From assembly GCF_006345805.1 (NCBI RefSeq), contig NC_043026.1, positions 13,061,579-13,125,578 on the forward strand: a DNA stretch of 64,000 nucleotides, written 5' to 3'. Positions 25,129 to 37,891 of the stretch are shown piece by piece. Positions within the stretch are counted from its first letter, which is position 1, and each line of letters starts with the position of its first letter. The translations under genes and the position numbers were made by a program. The stretch is from Octopus sinensis. Lineage: Eukaryota. A model generated the notes under the pieces. That model did not search any database, had not been told where the DNA came from, and was given only the letters and a program-made list of their open reading frames with translations.

Positions 25129-26217
25129 CACACACACACACACTTACATATACCTCGGGCAAGGGTCTTCAGCAATAGCCTCAGCCCGACCAAAGCCTTG
25201 TGAGTGTATTTGGTACACGGAAACTGAGAGAAGCTCTTCACACACACCAATATATATATATTTGAGACACCTGCAAAAGAAGAAATAAAGATAGACTTTT
25301 TTTCTATTCCAAAGGAAAACGATTTTTTTCAAACAAATATGCAACCAAAGAGTTTAATGTACCAGTAATGATAAGGCTGTTAAGACTGCGTGCGCAACAG
25401 CTGATGTACTTATGCATACAAATGCACGTTCCCATGGCTTTATCGATCGCATTCTCACCTGAAATCGATTTTTGTAATTTCTTCAAGACTCATACACGCC
25501 CTGATACCGTCGGTATCTACATATCAAATTTGAATGCAATCGGATGGAGGATGCCAGAGATCCTAGAAGACACACAGACAGACAGAACGGATTTTATATA
25601 ATAGATAATTATAACAATAATACACATATATACATTTCTGGGATCTTTTCGGTTTGAACGGCAGTTTTTAAAAATAATTTCCACGTAACTAAACACTTTT
25701 AAACTTCTTGCACATCACATTTGATGATTTTTCTGGGGTCGATATATTCAACTAAAAATGGCCGCAGTCTAATGACTGAAACAAGTAAAAGGTGGAAAAA
25801 CGAAAAAAAACCCGCAAAAATGATTGGAAAATATAACTGTGGGGTTTATGTCTACTTTCACACTTTAACTGTGGGTCTTTTGTCCGTGGGCCTTGTTTTC
25901 GGAAAATATAACTGTGGGGTTTATGTCTACTTTCACACTTTAACTGTGGGTCTTTTGTCCGTGGGCCTTTTTTTTTTTCAATGTCCTACACTCAATTATT
26001 TTCTGAATCCATTTTTCATCCATTGAAATCCTTACTCAAATTAGCTCAGTACTTGCATACAATCATTGTGTTTTTTTTCCTTCTTTTTTGCCCCTTTCGT
26101 TTGTTTGTCCACGCTAAGATGAGTTAAATCATTGGTTTTTAATTGGGGATCCACAGCAGTAATCATAAAAATTTTGCTTCAGACGTATTTATGGTAAGAA
26201 ACAGGTATGAGGTTTCA

Positions 26218-26640
26218 TCATCATCATCATCGTTTAGCGTCCGCTTTCCATGCTAGCATGGGTTGGACGGTTCTACTGGGGTCTGGGAAGCCAGAAGGCT
26301 GCATCAGGCCCAGTCAAATCTGGCAGTGTTTCTACGGCTGGATGCCCTTCCTAACGCCAACCACTCCGTGAGTGTAGTGGGTGATTTTTACGTGCCACCC
26401 GCACAGGTGCCAGACAGAGCTGGCAAATGGACACGAACGGATGGTGGTTTTTACGTGCCAACGGCACGAGGGCAAGGCGAGGCTGGCATGGCCACGAACG
26501 GATGGTGCTTTTACGTGCCACCGGCATGAGGCCAGTCGGGCGGCGCGTGGCAACGGTCGCGAAAGGAAGGTTCTCTACATGGCCACCGGCAGGTACCACA
26601 TCTGGCAATTTCCATTGATCGATTTCGATTCTGATCCTGA
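26218..26640 (-). mobile_element. Retroposon family C with (GAT)n tail
   Basis: catcatcatcgtttagcgtccgctttccatgctagcatgggttggacgg and ggatgcccttcctaacgccaacc recur at about 24200-24335, 29955-30010, 30590-30780 and 44510-44590. Confidence 0.55.
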
Positions 26641-26817
26641 TGTTTGTTCAACATTTTACATAGTTCAACCTATACACGTTAATGTGTAAAAAACAGAATA
26701 GAAATTTTGAAAGAAGTATCTATAAAATTAGCTTTTCAACAGCAAATGGCTGTGGAGGCCACAAAAATAAAATAGTAATCAAAAAGGTCCATTGAAAAGA
26801 AATGCTTGAGAACCCCT

Positions 26818-27735
26818 CATCATCATCATCATTGTTCGACCGTGGTTGAGACAATGGAATTTACCATGCTACACCAGACTTCACGGTCCATCATGGCATT
26901 ACAGAGGTCCTGTTGCTGGATGCTTGTATCCCTGGAGATTACACATCAGGGTAGGAGAGTGTGCGCCCTCTGGTTTGTGAGTAGATGGCTTCCAGAGGAG
27001 AAGAGTAGAAATACCTCGTTTTCAGCTCTACAACAATGTCCAAAAATGGACTCTCCTACCTTTCACAAGAGATGACACAGGTGGTAGTTTCCCATATATT
27101 TGCATTTTGGTTGGATGAGGCTTCCACGAGAGATTTTGAGCTCTGATAAGGAGGCGAGTGTAGGTTCCATCCAACCGCCCTCAAAGCTTCTTGATAACGT
27201 CCAGGTTTCTGAGCATATAGTAGATTGGTTTGACTGGTATTGCGAGCAGATGGCTTCCAGAGGAGAAGAGTAGAAATTACCTCTTTTTCAGCTCTACAAC
27301 AATGTCCAGCAAACTGGACTCTCCTACCTTTCACAAGAGATGACACAGGTTGTAGTTTCCCATATATTTGCATTTTGGTTGGATGGCCTTCCAGAGAGAT
27401 TTTGAGCTCTGATAAGGAGGCGAGTGTAGGTTCCATCCAACCCGCCTCTCAAGCTTCTTTGATAACGTCCAGGTTTCTGAGCCATATAGTAGATTGTTTG
27501 ACTGGTATTGCGAGCAGATGGCTTCCAGAGGAGAAGAGGAGAAATTACTCTTTTTCAGCTCTACAACAATGTCCAGCAAACTGGACTCTCCTACCTTTCA
27601 CAAGAGATGACACAGGTTGTAGTTTCCCATATATTTGCATTTTGGTTGGATGGCGCTTCCACGAGAGATTTTGAGCTCTCATAAGGAGGCAAGTGTAGGT
27701 TCCATCCAACCACCTCTCAAGCTTCTTTGAACCCC
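26818..27735 (-). mobile_element. RTE-clade LINE 3' fragment with a roughly 265-bp segment present about three times
   Basis: LLYGSETWTLSKKLERR and RRVQFAGHC motifs; agatggcttccagagg recurs at about 26982, 27248 and 27517. Confidence 0.7.
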
Positions 27736-28971
27736 TAGGTTAGACGAATATCGTATTAGGGTCATTGCGTGACATCCAGTTGATAACTCTTGCCCTTGTT
27801 ATTCAATTAAGGGATCCCTTATTTTACACGCCTTTCGTAGTGGATCATCCAAGTGGATGGTTTGTTGATAGAAGAGGCAACAACCCTGCTCACTGTAAGC
27901 GACTTTCATAACGTTTAAATGTAAACGTACAAACACAAACTTTCGTTTCTGTTTAATATTTTTATCTTCAAGTTCTTACGGTTGAGTCAAGCCCGACCAA
28001 TGCCTTGTGAGTGGATTGGTAGACAGAAACTGAAAGAAGCCTTGTAGTATATATGTATATATATGTAGGTTTGTGTTCTGTGTTTGTCTCCTTGCATTAC
28101 TTGACAACCGATGCTGGCCGATGTGTTTATGTCCCCGTCACTTAGCGGTTCAGCAAAGAGAACCGATAGAATAAGTACTGGGCTTACAAAGAATAAGTCC
28201 CGGGGTCGATTTGCTCGACTAAAGGCGGTGCTCCAGCATGGCCGCAGTCAAATGACTGAAACAAGTAAAAGAGAATAAAGAGTATTTTATGATTGCATCG
28301 GGGGAATCTATTTTCCAGTTAAGACAGAATCGTGTGATTTGAAGGAGACTTGGCTGTCATTTCTGCAAGATCTAAAGACCACGCAGAGACTCTTTCCTTC
28401 GTACCTAATGATTATTGTGCTTAGCGATGTTGGATACAATTAGATTTGTAAATTAATATAATTGAAGTTATTTCTGCTTTATATTATGTTGGGGATTTTC
28501 AATATATGTCACCGGTTTCATTCAAACGGAAGAAAATTTATCAACAACATCGTCTACTGTGTTTGTTTCTTGAATTATTTGAGCTAAATCTAATTATATC
28601 GTATGTAGTAATTATCTCAAATTAAGGTGAACGTTAATATTTGTGGATAAGACGAACAAGTTTGATGGTCGTGATTAAGTATTTAATTTAATCACATTTT
28701 TACATCGTTAATTGGTTTTTCCCTAATTTACAGAAAAGGAAGAAATGGCTTTTAATTAACAACAAATCGGTCAATGAATTTTTCTCAGCCTTCTTCACTT
28801 TTCATTTGGACTTTATATCAAACATTCTACTGGTGAGTAGGAAATACATCTACATTGCATCTGTTCCACACTTGTAAACGGAGGACTGTGATATCTAAGA
28901 CAAGAAATTGAACCATAACAGATTAACGCACGGACGTTTGTCTACTTTTTAAGAATTCCTCAAGAATTCAT

Positions 28972-29922
28972 ATGGAGAACGTTGATCAGTTGGACATTTC
29001 AAACACAACTGTTTTTAAGAACGGAGATGCAGTTGAAGAGACAGAGAGAGATGAGGAAGCTGAAGACAAAAGTGTTGGTGAATTTCGCTGTGAGATTTGT
29101 AGGAAGAAATTCTCTTCAGAAGATGAAGTCTTCTCGCATGAAGAAATACACAAGAAGAAGAAACGGTTCCGTTGTGAAATCTGTGGGAAATCATTTAGTG
29201 CTAAAGCTTATCTTTTGATTCACAAACGTAGTCATACAGGAGAAAAACCAATCCATGGGAAATGTTTTGTTTCCAACGGAGATTTAAAAAGACACAAAAG
29301 GATGCACTCGGGCGCAAAACCTTACAGCTGTGAAGTATGTGGGAAAATTTTCAGTCAAAATTCTAATCTTGTTGTTCATAAACGGAGTCACACAGGAGAA
29401 AAACCATTCGAGTGTGAAATTTGTGGGAAATCTTTTGTTTCCAACGGAGATTTAAAAAGACACAGAAAAATCCACACGGGGGAAAAACCGTTCCACTGTG
29501 AAGTATGTGGGAAAACTTTCAGTCAAAATTCAAATCTTGTTGTTCATAAACGGAGTCACACAGGAGAAAAACCATTCGAGTGTGAAATATGTGATAAATC
29601 TTTTGTTTCTAGTACTGTCCTAACAACACACAGGCGAATACATACGGGTGAGAAACCTTATCATTGTGGGATGTGTATGAAATCGTTCACCGATCATTCC
29701 AGTCTTGTATTCCACGAACGACAACACACGGGGGAGAAGCCTTATCCTTGTGAGATATGTGGGACCCTGTTTATGTGTAGCAGTGACTTAACAAAACACA
29801 TAAGAGTTCACACGGGAGAAAAGCTTTTCCACTGTGGAATATGCGGAAAATCTTTTACTCATAATTCTAGCCTGGTTAGCCACAAACGAAGTCACATCAC
29901 AGGTCGGAAAAGCTTGTTGTGA
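28972..29922 (+). CDS. C2H2 zinc-finger protein ZNF-5, 316 aa, 9 complete fingers plus one half finger
   Basis: MENVDQLD leader; the third unit lacks CxxC (EKPIHGKCF, in-frame deletion); the two-finger unit SNGDLKRH/QNSNLVVH is duplicated. Confidence 0.92.
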   Translation: MENVDQLDISNTTVFKNGDAVEETERDEEAEDKSVGEFRCEICRKKFSSEDEVFSHEEIHKKKKRFRCEICGKSFSAKAYLLIHKRSHTGEKPIHGKCFVSNGDLKRHKRMHSGAKPYSCEVCGKIFSQNSNLVVHKRSHTGEKPFECEICGKSFVSNGDLKRHRKIHTGEKPFHCEVCGKTFSQNSNLVVHKRSHTGEKPFECEICDKSFVSSTVLTTHRRIHTGEKPYHCGMCMKSFTDHSSLVFHERQHTGEKPYPCEICGTLFMCSSDLTKHIRVHTGEKLFHCGICGKSFTHNSSLVSHKRSHITGRKSLL

Positions 29923-30017
29923 AATGCACTGGAAGTCTTTTGTCTATTGTAATAACTCATCATCGTCATTTAACGTCGCTTTTTCTATGCTGGCATGGGT
30001 TGGATGGTTTGACAAGC

Positions 30018-30585
30018 GGCGAGCTGGCAGAGTGGTTAGCACGCCGGGCAAAATGCTTAGCGGTATTTCGTCTGCCGTTACGTTCTGAGTTCAAGTTCCG
30101 CCGAGGGCGACTTTACCTGTCATCCTTTCGGGGTCGATAAATTAAGTACCAGTTATGCACTGGTGTCGATGTAATCAATTTAATCCGTTTGTCCCCTCTG
30201 TGTTTATCTCCTTGTGGGTAGTAAAGAAATAGGTATTTCGTCTGTCTTTATGTTCTGAGTTCAAATTCCGCCGAGGGCGACTTTACCTTTCATCCTTTCG
30301 GGGTCGATAAATTAAGTACCAGTTATGCACTGGTGTCGATGTAATCAATTTAATCCGTTTGTCCCCTCTGGTTTATCTCCTTGTGGGTAGTAAGAAATAG
30401 GTATTTCGTCTGTCTTTATGTTCTGAGTTCAAATTCCGCCGAGGGCGACTTTACCTTTCATCCTTTCGGGGTCGATAAATTAAGTACCAGTTATGCACTG
30501 ATTTCGATATAATCGACTTAATCCGTCTGTCTGTCCTTGTTTGTCCTCTCTGTGTTTAGCCCTTTGTGGGTAATAAAGAAATAGG
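30018..30585 (+). mobile_element. Meta-domain-like SINE (family D) with 3 head-to-tail body repeats
   Basis: Head ggcgagctggcagagtggttagc; repeated unit with gagttcaaattcc (B-box-like) and cctttcatcctttcggggtcgataaattaagtaccag, resembling the MetaSINE/Sauria-SINE core. Confidence 0.65.
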
Positions 30586-30831
30586 TTTGACAGGAGCTGG
30601 CAAGTCAGAAGACTCATGTCTGTTTGACAAGACTTCTATGGCTGGATGCCCTTCCTAATCCCAACCAACTTACAGAGGGTTGCTTTTTACATGGCATCAG
30701 CAGCAGTAACTTGCAGGACAAGACCCCCCCCCATTGACTGTAGGAGTGTTGTATTGAGGGACAGATAAGGTATTCTACATTAAAAAATATATTCTAAAAC
30801 AGTGCTTTTCACTTCTAAATATATTCTAAAA

Positions 30832-31380
30832 CAGTGCTTTTCAAACTTTTTGCTGGAGCGGAACCCCAAGGAAACATTGCACTGGCTCGAGGAACCCCTG
30901 TGCAATAATTTAATTGTCTTATGCACACATATCTGCACAGGAGAATTAAAAATTACTGCCGATTTTAGCAGTTTTGTAACTTCTTGCGGAACCCCTGGAC
31001 TATACTGGCGGAACCCTAAGGTTCCACGGAACCCTGGTTGAAAACCACTGATATATATATATATGACAAAAGAAGTCTCTACAGGATTCGATGAAGCCAT
31101 ATATTGCACATTTTATTTATATATATATATATATATATAAACATGTGTATATTTAAAACACTATACAATATATATATATCAGTGCTTTTCAAACTTTTTG
31201 CTGGAGTGGAACCCCAAGGAAACATTCCACTGGCTCGAGGAACCCATGTGCAATAATTTAATTGTCTTATGCACTCATATCTGCACAGGAGAATTAAAAA
31301 TTACTGCCGATTTTAGCAGTTTTGTAACTTCTTGCGGAACCCCTGGACTGTACTGGCGGAACCCTGGTTGAAAACCACTG
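30832..31380 (+). mobile_element. Composite hAT-like MITE dimer with internal spacer
   Basis: Two direct monomers (30832-31050 and 31180-31380); outer flanks ttctaaaa / ctctaaaa (7/8 TSD match). Confidence 0.7.
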
Positions 31381-31741
31381 CTCTAAAATTACAAGGCCCA
31401 ACTACTTCTAACAGGCACAAACGGAATTCTGATCGAAGCACACCATTTAAACCCGTCATAACTTCTTTTTATTATTTTTTGATATTTTCGATTAAAACTC
31501 CGTGTGGACACAACTGAAAACCTGTAAAAAAAAATTAAGTAGCTATATCAAAACTGACCAATAATATTTATGTAATTTACCAAGGGCAAATGAAATGTCT
31601 GGAAAATAAAGATAACTTAAAACATTGTTCCATTTTTCGCATTTTAATTTTATTTTGGCAAATATTAAGTTTTTCTACTGTCCTCACCCCTATTTTATCC
31701 CAAATTTGTTTTATTTTTGCAATTATTTTTTTTTTGCCAAC

Positions 31742-32150
31742 AGGCGCAGGAGTGGCTGTGTGGTAAGTAGTTGCTAACCAGCCACATGGTTCCGGGTTCA
31801 GTCCCACTGCGTGGCATCTTGGGCAAGTGTCTTCTGCTATAGCCCCAGGCCGACCAATGCCTTGTGAGTGGATTTGGTAGACGGAACTGAAAAAGTCTGT
31901 CGTATATATGTATATATAATATGGTGTGTGTGTTATGTCTGTGTTTGTCCCCCTAGCATTGCTTGACAACCGATGCTGGGTGTTTACGTCCCCGTCACTT
32001 AGCGGTTCGGCAAAAGAGACCGATAGAATAAGTACTGGGCTTACAAAGAATAAGTCCCGGGGTCGTGTTGCTCGACTAAAAAGGCGGTGCTCCAGCATGG
32101 CCGCAGTCAAATGACTGAAACAAGTAAAAGAGTAAAAGAGTAAAGAGAGT
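31742..32150 (+). mobile_element. SINE family A, full length
   Basis: aggcgcaggagtggctg head to (gtaaaaga)n tail. Confidence 0.85.
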
Positions 32151-32199
32151 AGGCTACTGGTGAACTTGCTGCATATTATATCCGTTGTTATACTCATTA

Positions 32200-32725
32200 C
32201 GAAGTGTTGTCTCACTCACAACACCTCTGTACATGACTTCAAACGGCTCTCACTCACACTCACACTCACACTCAAAAGTACGCAAACACACGTTAGTATT
32301 TATGTAAACACATCAACCCACGCTTGCAGCATGGTTACGTCCTATCACGTGACCCGAACTGACCAATGAAAATCCAATAAATCCACTTACCGTCCTCATT
32401 CCTCCATTAGACTTCTTCTATAATGTCGATCGCATTTTTCACGGTTTCATTTCTTTCCCCCTTTTTTCATTCAACAACTAATTAAATGGTAACACCCAGT
32501 TTAACGTTATTAGTTTCATACACGACTGACTTCTCTACAGTTCTCTATCAATTCCCACTGGCAGGGTATCTTTCAATTTAACGCTAGCACCAGCGACGAC
32601 TAAAGGTATTTCTACACTTTGGTGCCCCACGAATTTGTTTTCGCGAAATGTTTTCAAATTTGTGTATTTGTAAATAACGCTTTGCAGAGATAATCTTTTG
32701 AGGTTGTAGATAACGTTTATGTTGA
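32200..32725 (+). promoter_or_regulatory. Promoter-like block (E-box TCACGTGAC, two CCAAT boxes, candidate donor AAG|GTATTT at 32606), duplicated at about 39880-40410
   Basis: tcacgtgacccgaactgaccaatgaaaatccaata at about 32345-32380; the block is near-identical at 40030-40410. Function is inferred from motifs only. Confidence 0.4.
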
Positions 32726-32734
32726 TAATATTAC

Positions 32735-33250
32735 GTCTGCCGTTACGTTCTGAGTTCGACTTTGCCTTTCATCCTTTCGGGATCGATGAATTAAGTATCA
32801 GTTACGCACTGGAGTCGATGTAATCGACTTAATCCCTTTGTCTGTCCTTGTTTGTCGCCTCTGTATTTAGCCCCTTGTTGGTAGTAAAGAAATAGGTATT
32901 TTGTCTGCCGTTACGTTCTGAGTTCAAATTCCGGCGAGGTCGACTTTGCCTTTCATCCTTTCGGAGTTGATTAAATAAGTACCAGTTATGCACTGGGGTC
33001 GATATAATCGACTTAATCCCTTTGTCTGTCCTTGTTTGTCCCGTCTGTGTTTAGCCCATTGTTGGTAGTAAAGAAATAGGTATTTCGTCTGCTGTTACGT
33101 TCTGAGTTCAAATTCCGCCGAGGTCGACTTTGCCTTTCATCCTTTCCGGGTCGATTAAATAAGTATCAGTTACGCACTAGGGTCGATGTAATCGACTTAA
33201 TCCCTTTGTTTGTCCCCTCTATGTTTAGCCCCCTGTGGGCAATAAAAAAG
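32735..33250 (+). mobile_element. Family D SINE body array, 3 units
   Basis: About 185-bp period, same unit as 30018 and 53777. Confidence 0.65.
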
Positions 33251-33459
33251 TAAATATTAAAAAAGAATTGTATCTTGGATAAATTTTGTATGTTTTTTTT
33301 TGTCTCCTCTCCCCTAAATATTGACAATGTTAACATTTTTCATATCTTTCCCCTTCGATTTTTCTCTCTTAAACATCAACATTACGTAATCTACATTCTC
33401 GAAAGCGTATCTCTTGCATAGTGTCGTTTAAAAAATAAGTATTTAAAAAGGAAACGATG

Positions 33460-34219
33460 GGATCTTTTCGGTTTGAACGGCAGTTTTTAACAATTTCTAG
33501 ATAACTAAAAAAAATTTAAACTTCGTATACCGGTAGAATGTGTTAAAACATCTTTTTCTCTTGGCTTTATTGAGAAAATTCTATAATTTGTAAGATATTT
33601 GTTGTTTTTTTTCTTCAATTTCTGCAATTTCAACCAATCAATTACGTCCATTGAGGTAAAAAAAATCATTCTGTGCCGTATGAATATGCCCCTCGTTTAA
33701 GAAACAGATTGGATTTATTTACATATCTGAAGACAAAAAGATACCCTTCCCCCACCCCTAACTCTAACCCTAACCCTAAAACAGATTGAAATGCAATAGA
33801 TAGATACTAGGGTCATAATTATGGGTGACAATTATATGACACCGCTAGAAAACTGCCGTTCAAACCAAAAAGATCCAAACGAGTGTTTGGGAGAGTGAAG
33901 TATTTATTAAGTGTTATCAGAAATATGCCCCTCGTTTAAGAAACAGATTGGATTTATTTACATATCTGAAGACAAAAAGATACCCTTCCCCCCCACCCTA
34001 ACTCTAACCCTAACCCTAAAACAGATTGAAATGCAATAGATAGATACTAGGGTCATAATTATGGGTGACAATTCATATGACACCGCTAGAAAACCCCTAA
34101 CTCTAACCCTAAACCCTAAAACAGATTGAAATGCAATAGATAGATACTAGGGTCATAATTATGGGTGACAATTTCATATGACACCGCTAGAAAAACTGCC
34201 GTTCAAACCAAAAAGATCC
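33460..34219. mobile_element. GGATCTTTT-TIR MITE with 8-bp TSD (aaacgatg); internal duplication
   Basis: TIR ggatcttttcggtttgaacggcagtttt; TSD at 33452-33459 and 34220-34227; paralogous empty site aaggaaacgatgttgggagag at about 40815-40836. Confidence 0.8.
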
Positions 34220-34294
34220 AAACGATGTTTGGGAGAGTGAAGTATTTATTAAGTGTTATCAGCATAATTATAATGTACAGTCTTGGGAACATCT

Positions 34295-34502
34295 CTCTTT
34301 ACTCTTTTACTCTTTTACTTGTTTCAGTCATTTGACTGCGGCCATGCTGGAGCACCGCCTTTAGTCGAGCAACTCGACCCCGTGACTTATTCTTTGTAAG
34401 CCCAGTACTTATTCTATCGGTCTGTTTTGCCGAACCGCTAAGTGACGGGGACCTAAACACACCAGCATCGGTTGTCAAGCAATGCTAGGGGGACAAACAC
34501 AG

Positions 34503-34533
<31 letters not shown>

Positions 34534-34706
34534 CATATATACGACAGGCTTCTTTCAGTTTCCGTCTACCAAATCCACTCACAAGGCATTGGTCGGCCCG
34601 GGGCTATAGCAGAAGACACTTGCCCAAGATGCCACGCAGTGGGACTGAACCCGGAACCATGTGGCTGGTTAGCAAGCTACTTACCACACAGCCACTCCTG
34701 CGCCTC
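34295..34706 (-). mobile_element. SINE family A, full length
   Basis: Reverse complement of family A. Confidence 0.85.
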
Positions 34707-35186
34707 TGGAACATATATAAGGATATCCACACATCTTTGTCCTCCCCTCAACTTTGTCTCCTCATAACTTCTAGAAACATTTGTTGATAAAATTATGCGA
34801 TGTGTGTGTATGTGTGTGCATTCACCGATTAAAAAATTTTTTTTTCACATTACATCTCGATATAATTATAATCCACGTCATCTGGAAGATATTTGTAGGA
34901 AATTTCATAAAAAAAAACAATCCACTTTTCTCGAAGTTACGAGGAAACGAATTCAGGGGAGATGCATACATGTTTAGATAGGTAGTATATTGAGGTAGTA
35001 GGTATTTAAAAATGGGGTACTTGTATATAACCATAGGCCTCGTCAGAGATAATAATGAACTTTAAATATATATATAAAAACAGACTTCTCGAAATTGAAT
35101 AGCCTGCCCCCTGTCACTACCTGGTCCTTCCAACTTCTAGTTTTTTTCCATTTCAGATTACAGTATATTGTTTATAGCAACTGGTC

Positions 35187-35645
35187 ATGCCACGAACACC
35201 AGATGCGAAGGAGCTGTCAGATTTTCAAAGAGGACGTATTGTGGGTCAGTCTGATAGTGGACGTAGCCAGCGTAAGATCGCGCAAAACCTTGGAATTCCT
35301 CTTGCCACAGTCAACAGAGTGATTGTCCAGTTCACCAGCGAAGGAAAGGAGTCAACCGCCTCCCGCTCAGGTCGACCTGGGCCCTCTGATAAGTGTCTTC
35401 AGACTGTTAAACAGATTGTTGAAAGTAACCCCCATTGCAAGGCAGCTGATGTTGCAGAACAACTTCAAAAGAGTCGGAGTACCTCTGTGAGGTATCTTCA
35501 TCAACTTGGTTACTACGGTAAAGTAGCCAGAAGGAAACCTTCTTTGACCCACAGATATCCAAAGGATTGGACCAATAAAATGGCAGAGAGAGCCAAATGG
35601 GTTAAAACATTAAAACCTGCAGAAGAAATGTCAACTACATCCTAA
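35187..35645 (+). CDS. Tc1/mariner transposase-derived N-terminal HTH protein, 152 aa, no DDE domain (copy 1)
   Basis: [20 protein letters not shown]...[19 protein letters not shown]...RSGRP and [15 protein letters not shown] are typical Tc1 DNA-binding-region motifs; preceded by the acceptor-like ttttttccatttcag. Confidence 0.7.
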   Translation: MPRTPDAKELSDFQRGRIVGQSDSGRSQRKIAQNLGIPLATVNRVIVQFTSEGKESTASRSGRPGPSDKCLQTVKQIVESNPHCKAADVAEQLQKSRSTSVRYLHQLGYYGKVARRKPSLTHRYPKDWTNKMAERAKWVKTLKPAEEMSTTS

Positions 35646-36499
35646 ATGAATTATTTAAAAAAATCAGATAACATTATTTTCTTTCTTGAAATTAAATCCT
35701 TAAAAAAAAAATGATTGACTCTATTTTTGATATTTACTCTGTGTGTATGTGTGTATCACCATCATCATCATCATTATCATCAATTAATGTCCGTTGTCCA
35801 TGTTTATTTCAGATATTTTCATTTTAAAAATCATTTCTGGTTAATCCTTGAGAGGACGTTGGCATTGCCCTGGTGGAGGTTTTCACTCTCTGAGTGCTCC
35901 TGTTAGTAAATATTTTCATATTTACTTGTGGTAAGAAGTTTGCGTCGCAACCACCTGTTTCCAGGTTCGACTTTGCCTTACATCCTTTCAGGGTCAAGAA
36001 ATTAGGTACAAGTTGCATACTGGGGTTGATCTAATTGACTGGACCCCTCTCCAAAAAGATAGTATAGATTCCGATTATGTGGAAATATGTGGTGAAAAAT
36101 ATTTTCCAAAGAGATGGAGGGTTGAGAAGTTTTGGAAAATTCACACAAGATGTCTTTCTTTATTTATAACTTTTAGAAAAATTGGTAAGTTTTTGAATGA
36201 AATTTTCTATAAATATCTTTCAGAGTGTCTAGACTATGGTTATATTGGTATTTAATGTGAAAAAATAAATTTGGTGGGTTTTTACTCATACGTATTAGCA
36301 CAATCTGCAAAATGAGTCGAAACCGCGATCCTACGACCGCTGCGCTAACCACTAGGCCATTGTGCCTCCACAGAAACTATGATAAATAAGAGGGATCTGG
36401 GAACTGACATCCTTCTGCACATTAACAGAAAAATTGTGATGCATGTCAGTATGTATGTCTACGCATTCACCACTCATTAAATTTCGATATAATCATAAT

Positions 36500-37030
36500 T
36501 TATACACTCTGAAAAGTGTTTGTAGAAAATTTCTTTGAAAAACCCACATTTTTCTGAAAGTTATGAGGGAAGAAAGATAACTTGTGTGCGAATTTTCTGA
36601 AACTCCTTTTCCCAGTCACAGAAAAAAAAATTTTCTACAACACATTTTTATATAATCGGAATCTACAACACCTTGAGTGTATTTGTAGAAAATTTCAATT
36701 TTTCTGAAAGTTATCAGGAAAAAAATCCAGCTCGTGCGAATTTTACGAAACTCCTTTTTCCCAGTAACAGAAAAAATTTTTTCCACAACAAATTTTTAAA
36801 TAATCGGAATCTACAACACCTGGAGTGTATTTGTAGAAAATTTCATTAAAAAATATCAATTTTTCTGAAAGTTATCAGGAAAAAAAGCCAACTCGTACGA
36901 ATTTTACGAAACTCCTTTTTCCCAGTCACAGAAAAAAAATTTTCCACAACAAATTTTTATATAATCGGAATCTACAACACCTTGAGTGTATTTGTAGAAA
37001 ATTTCATTAAAAATGTCCATTTTCCTGGAA
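36500..37030. repeat. About 155-bp AT-rich tandem repeat, roughly 3.5 units
   Basis: ...ataatcggaatctacaacacct(t/g)gagtgtatttgtagaaaatttc recurs at about 36650, 36800 and 36960. Confidence 0.75.
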
Positions 37031-37139
37031 CTTATGAGGAAGCAAATTTGGCGGAACGGAGGACATGCGTCTGTAGGAATGCTCCCCCCACCAACAACCT
37101 GTCTTAAACACTCCTGTTACGGTTTGGAGGACTATGATA

Positions 37140-37860
37140 CGTGGCACTCCGTCGGTTACAACGACGAGGGTTCTAGTTGATCCGATCAACGGAGCACGTG
37201 AAATTAACGTGCTGAGCACTCCACAGACACGGGGAGATTCAGCGTGTCGCAGAGTGTGACAGGGCTGGCTCTTTGAAATACAGGTACAATAGAAGCAGGT
37301 AGAAAGAGCGAGAGAAAGTTATGGTGAAAGAGTAGAGCAGGGTTCGCCACGGTCCCCTTGCTGGAACCTTGTGGAGCTTTTAGGTGTTTTCGCTCAATAA
37401 ACATTCACAACACCCGGTCTGGGAAGCGAAACCGCGATCCTACGACCGCTGCGCTAACCACTAGGCCATTGGGGCCTCCACAGAGGACTATGATAAGGAG
37501 TGGAGGCGCAATGGCCCAGTGGTTAGGGCAGCGGACTCGCGGTCATAGGATCGCGGTTTCGATTCCCAGACCGGGCGTTGTGAGTGTTTATTGAGCGAAA
37601 ACACTTAAAGCTCCACGAGGCTCCGGCAGGGGATGGTGGTGATCCCTGCTGTACTCTTTCACCACAACTTTCTCTCATTCTTTCTTCCTGTTTCTGTTGT
37701 ACCTGTATTTCAAGGAGCCGGCCTTGTCACCGAGAACTACGTTAAGGGTACACGTGTCTGTGGAGTGCTCAGCCACTTACACGTTAATTTCACGAGCAGG
37801 CTGTTCCGTTGATCGGATCAACCGGAACCCTCGTCGTCGTAACCGACGGAGTGCTTCCAT
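37140..37860. mobile_element. Head-to-head pair of family B SINEs (37140-37482 on -, 37501-37860 on +)
   Basis: The minus copy is flanked by a 13-bp TSD gaggactatgata (37127-37139 and 37483-37495). Confidence 0.8.
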
Positions 37861-37891
37861 GATAAGAAAGAGAGATCTGAGAACTGACTTC

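Noticed and set aside
26980-27735. Triplicated RTE segment as a novel repeat system
   Set aside because: Simple local duplication of a dead LINE fragment with indel noise; may be an artefact.
33685-34260. Tandem duplications inside and across the right end of the GGATC MITE
   Set aside because: Near-identical copies differing by 1-nt indels and including flank sequence; likely assembly stutter.
34482-34787. Recurrent short ORFs such as [12 protein letters not shown] and MLEHRL
   Set aside because: Translations of SINE family A in various frames.
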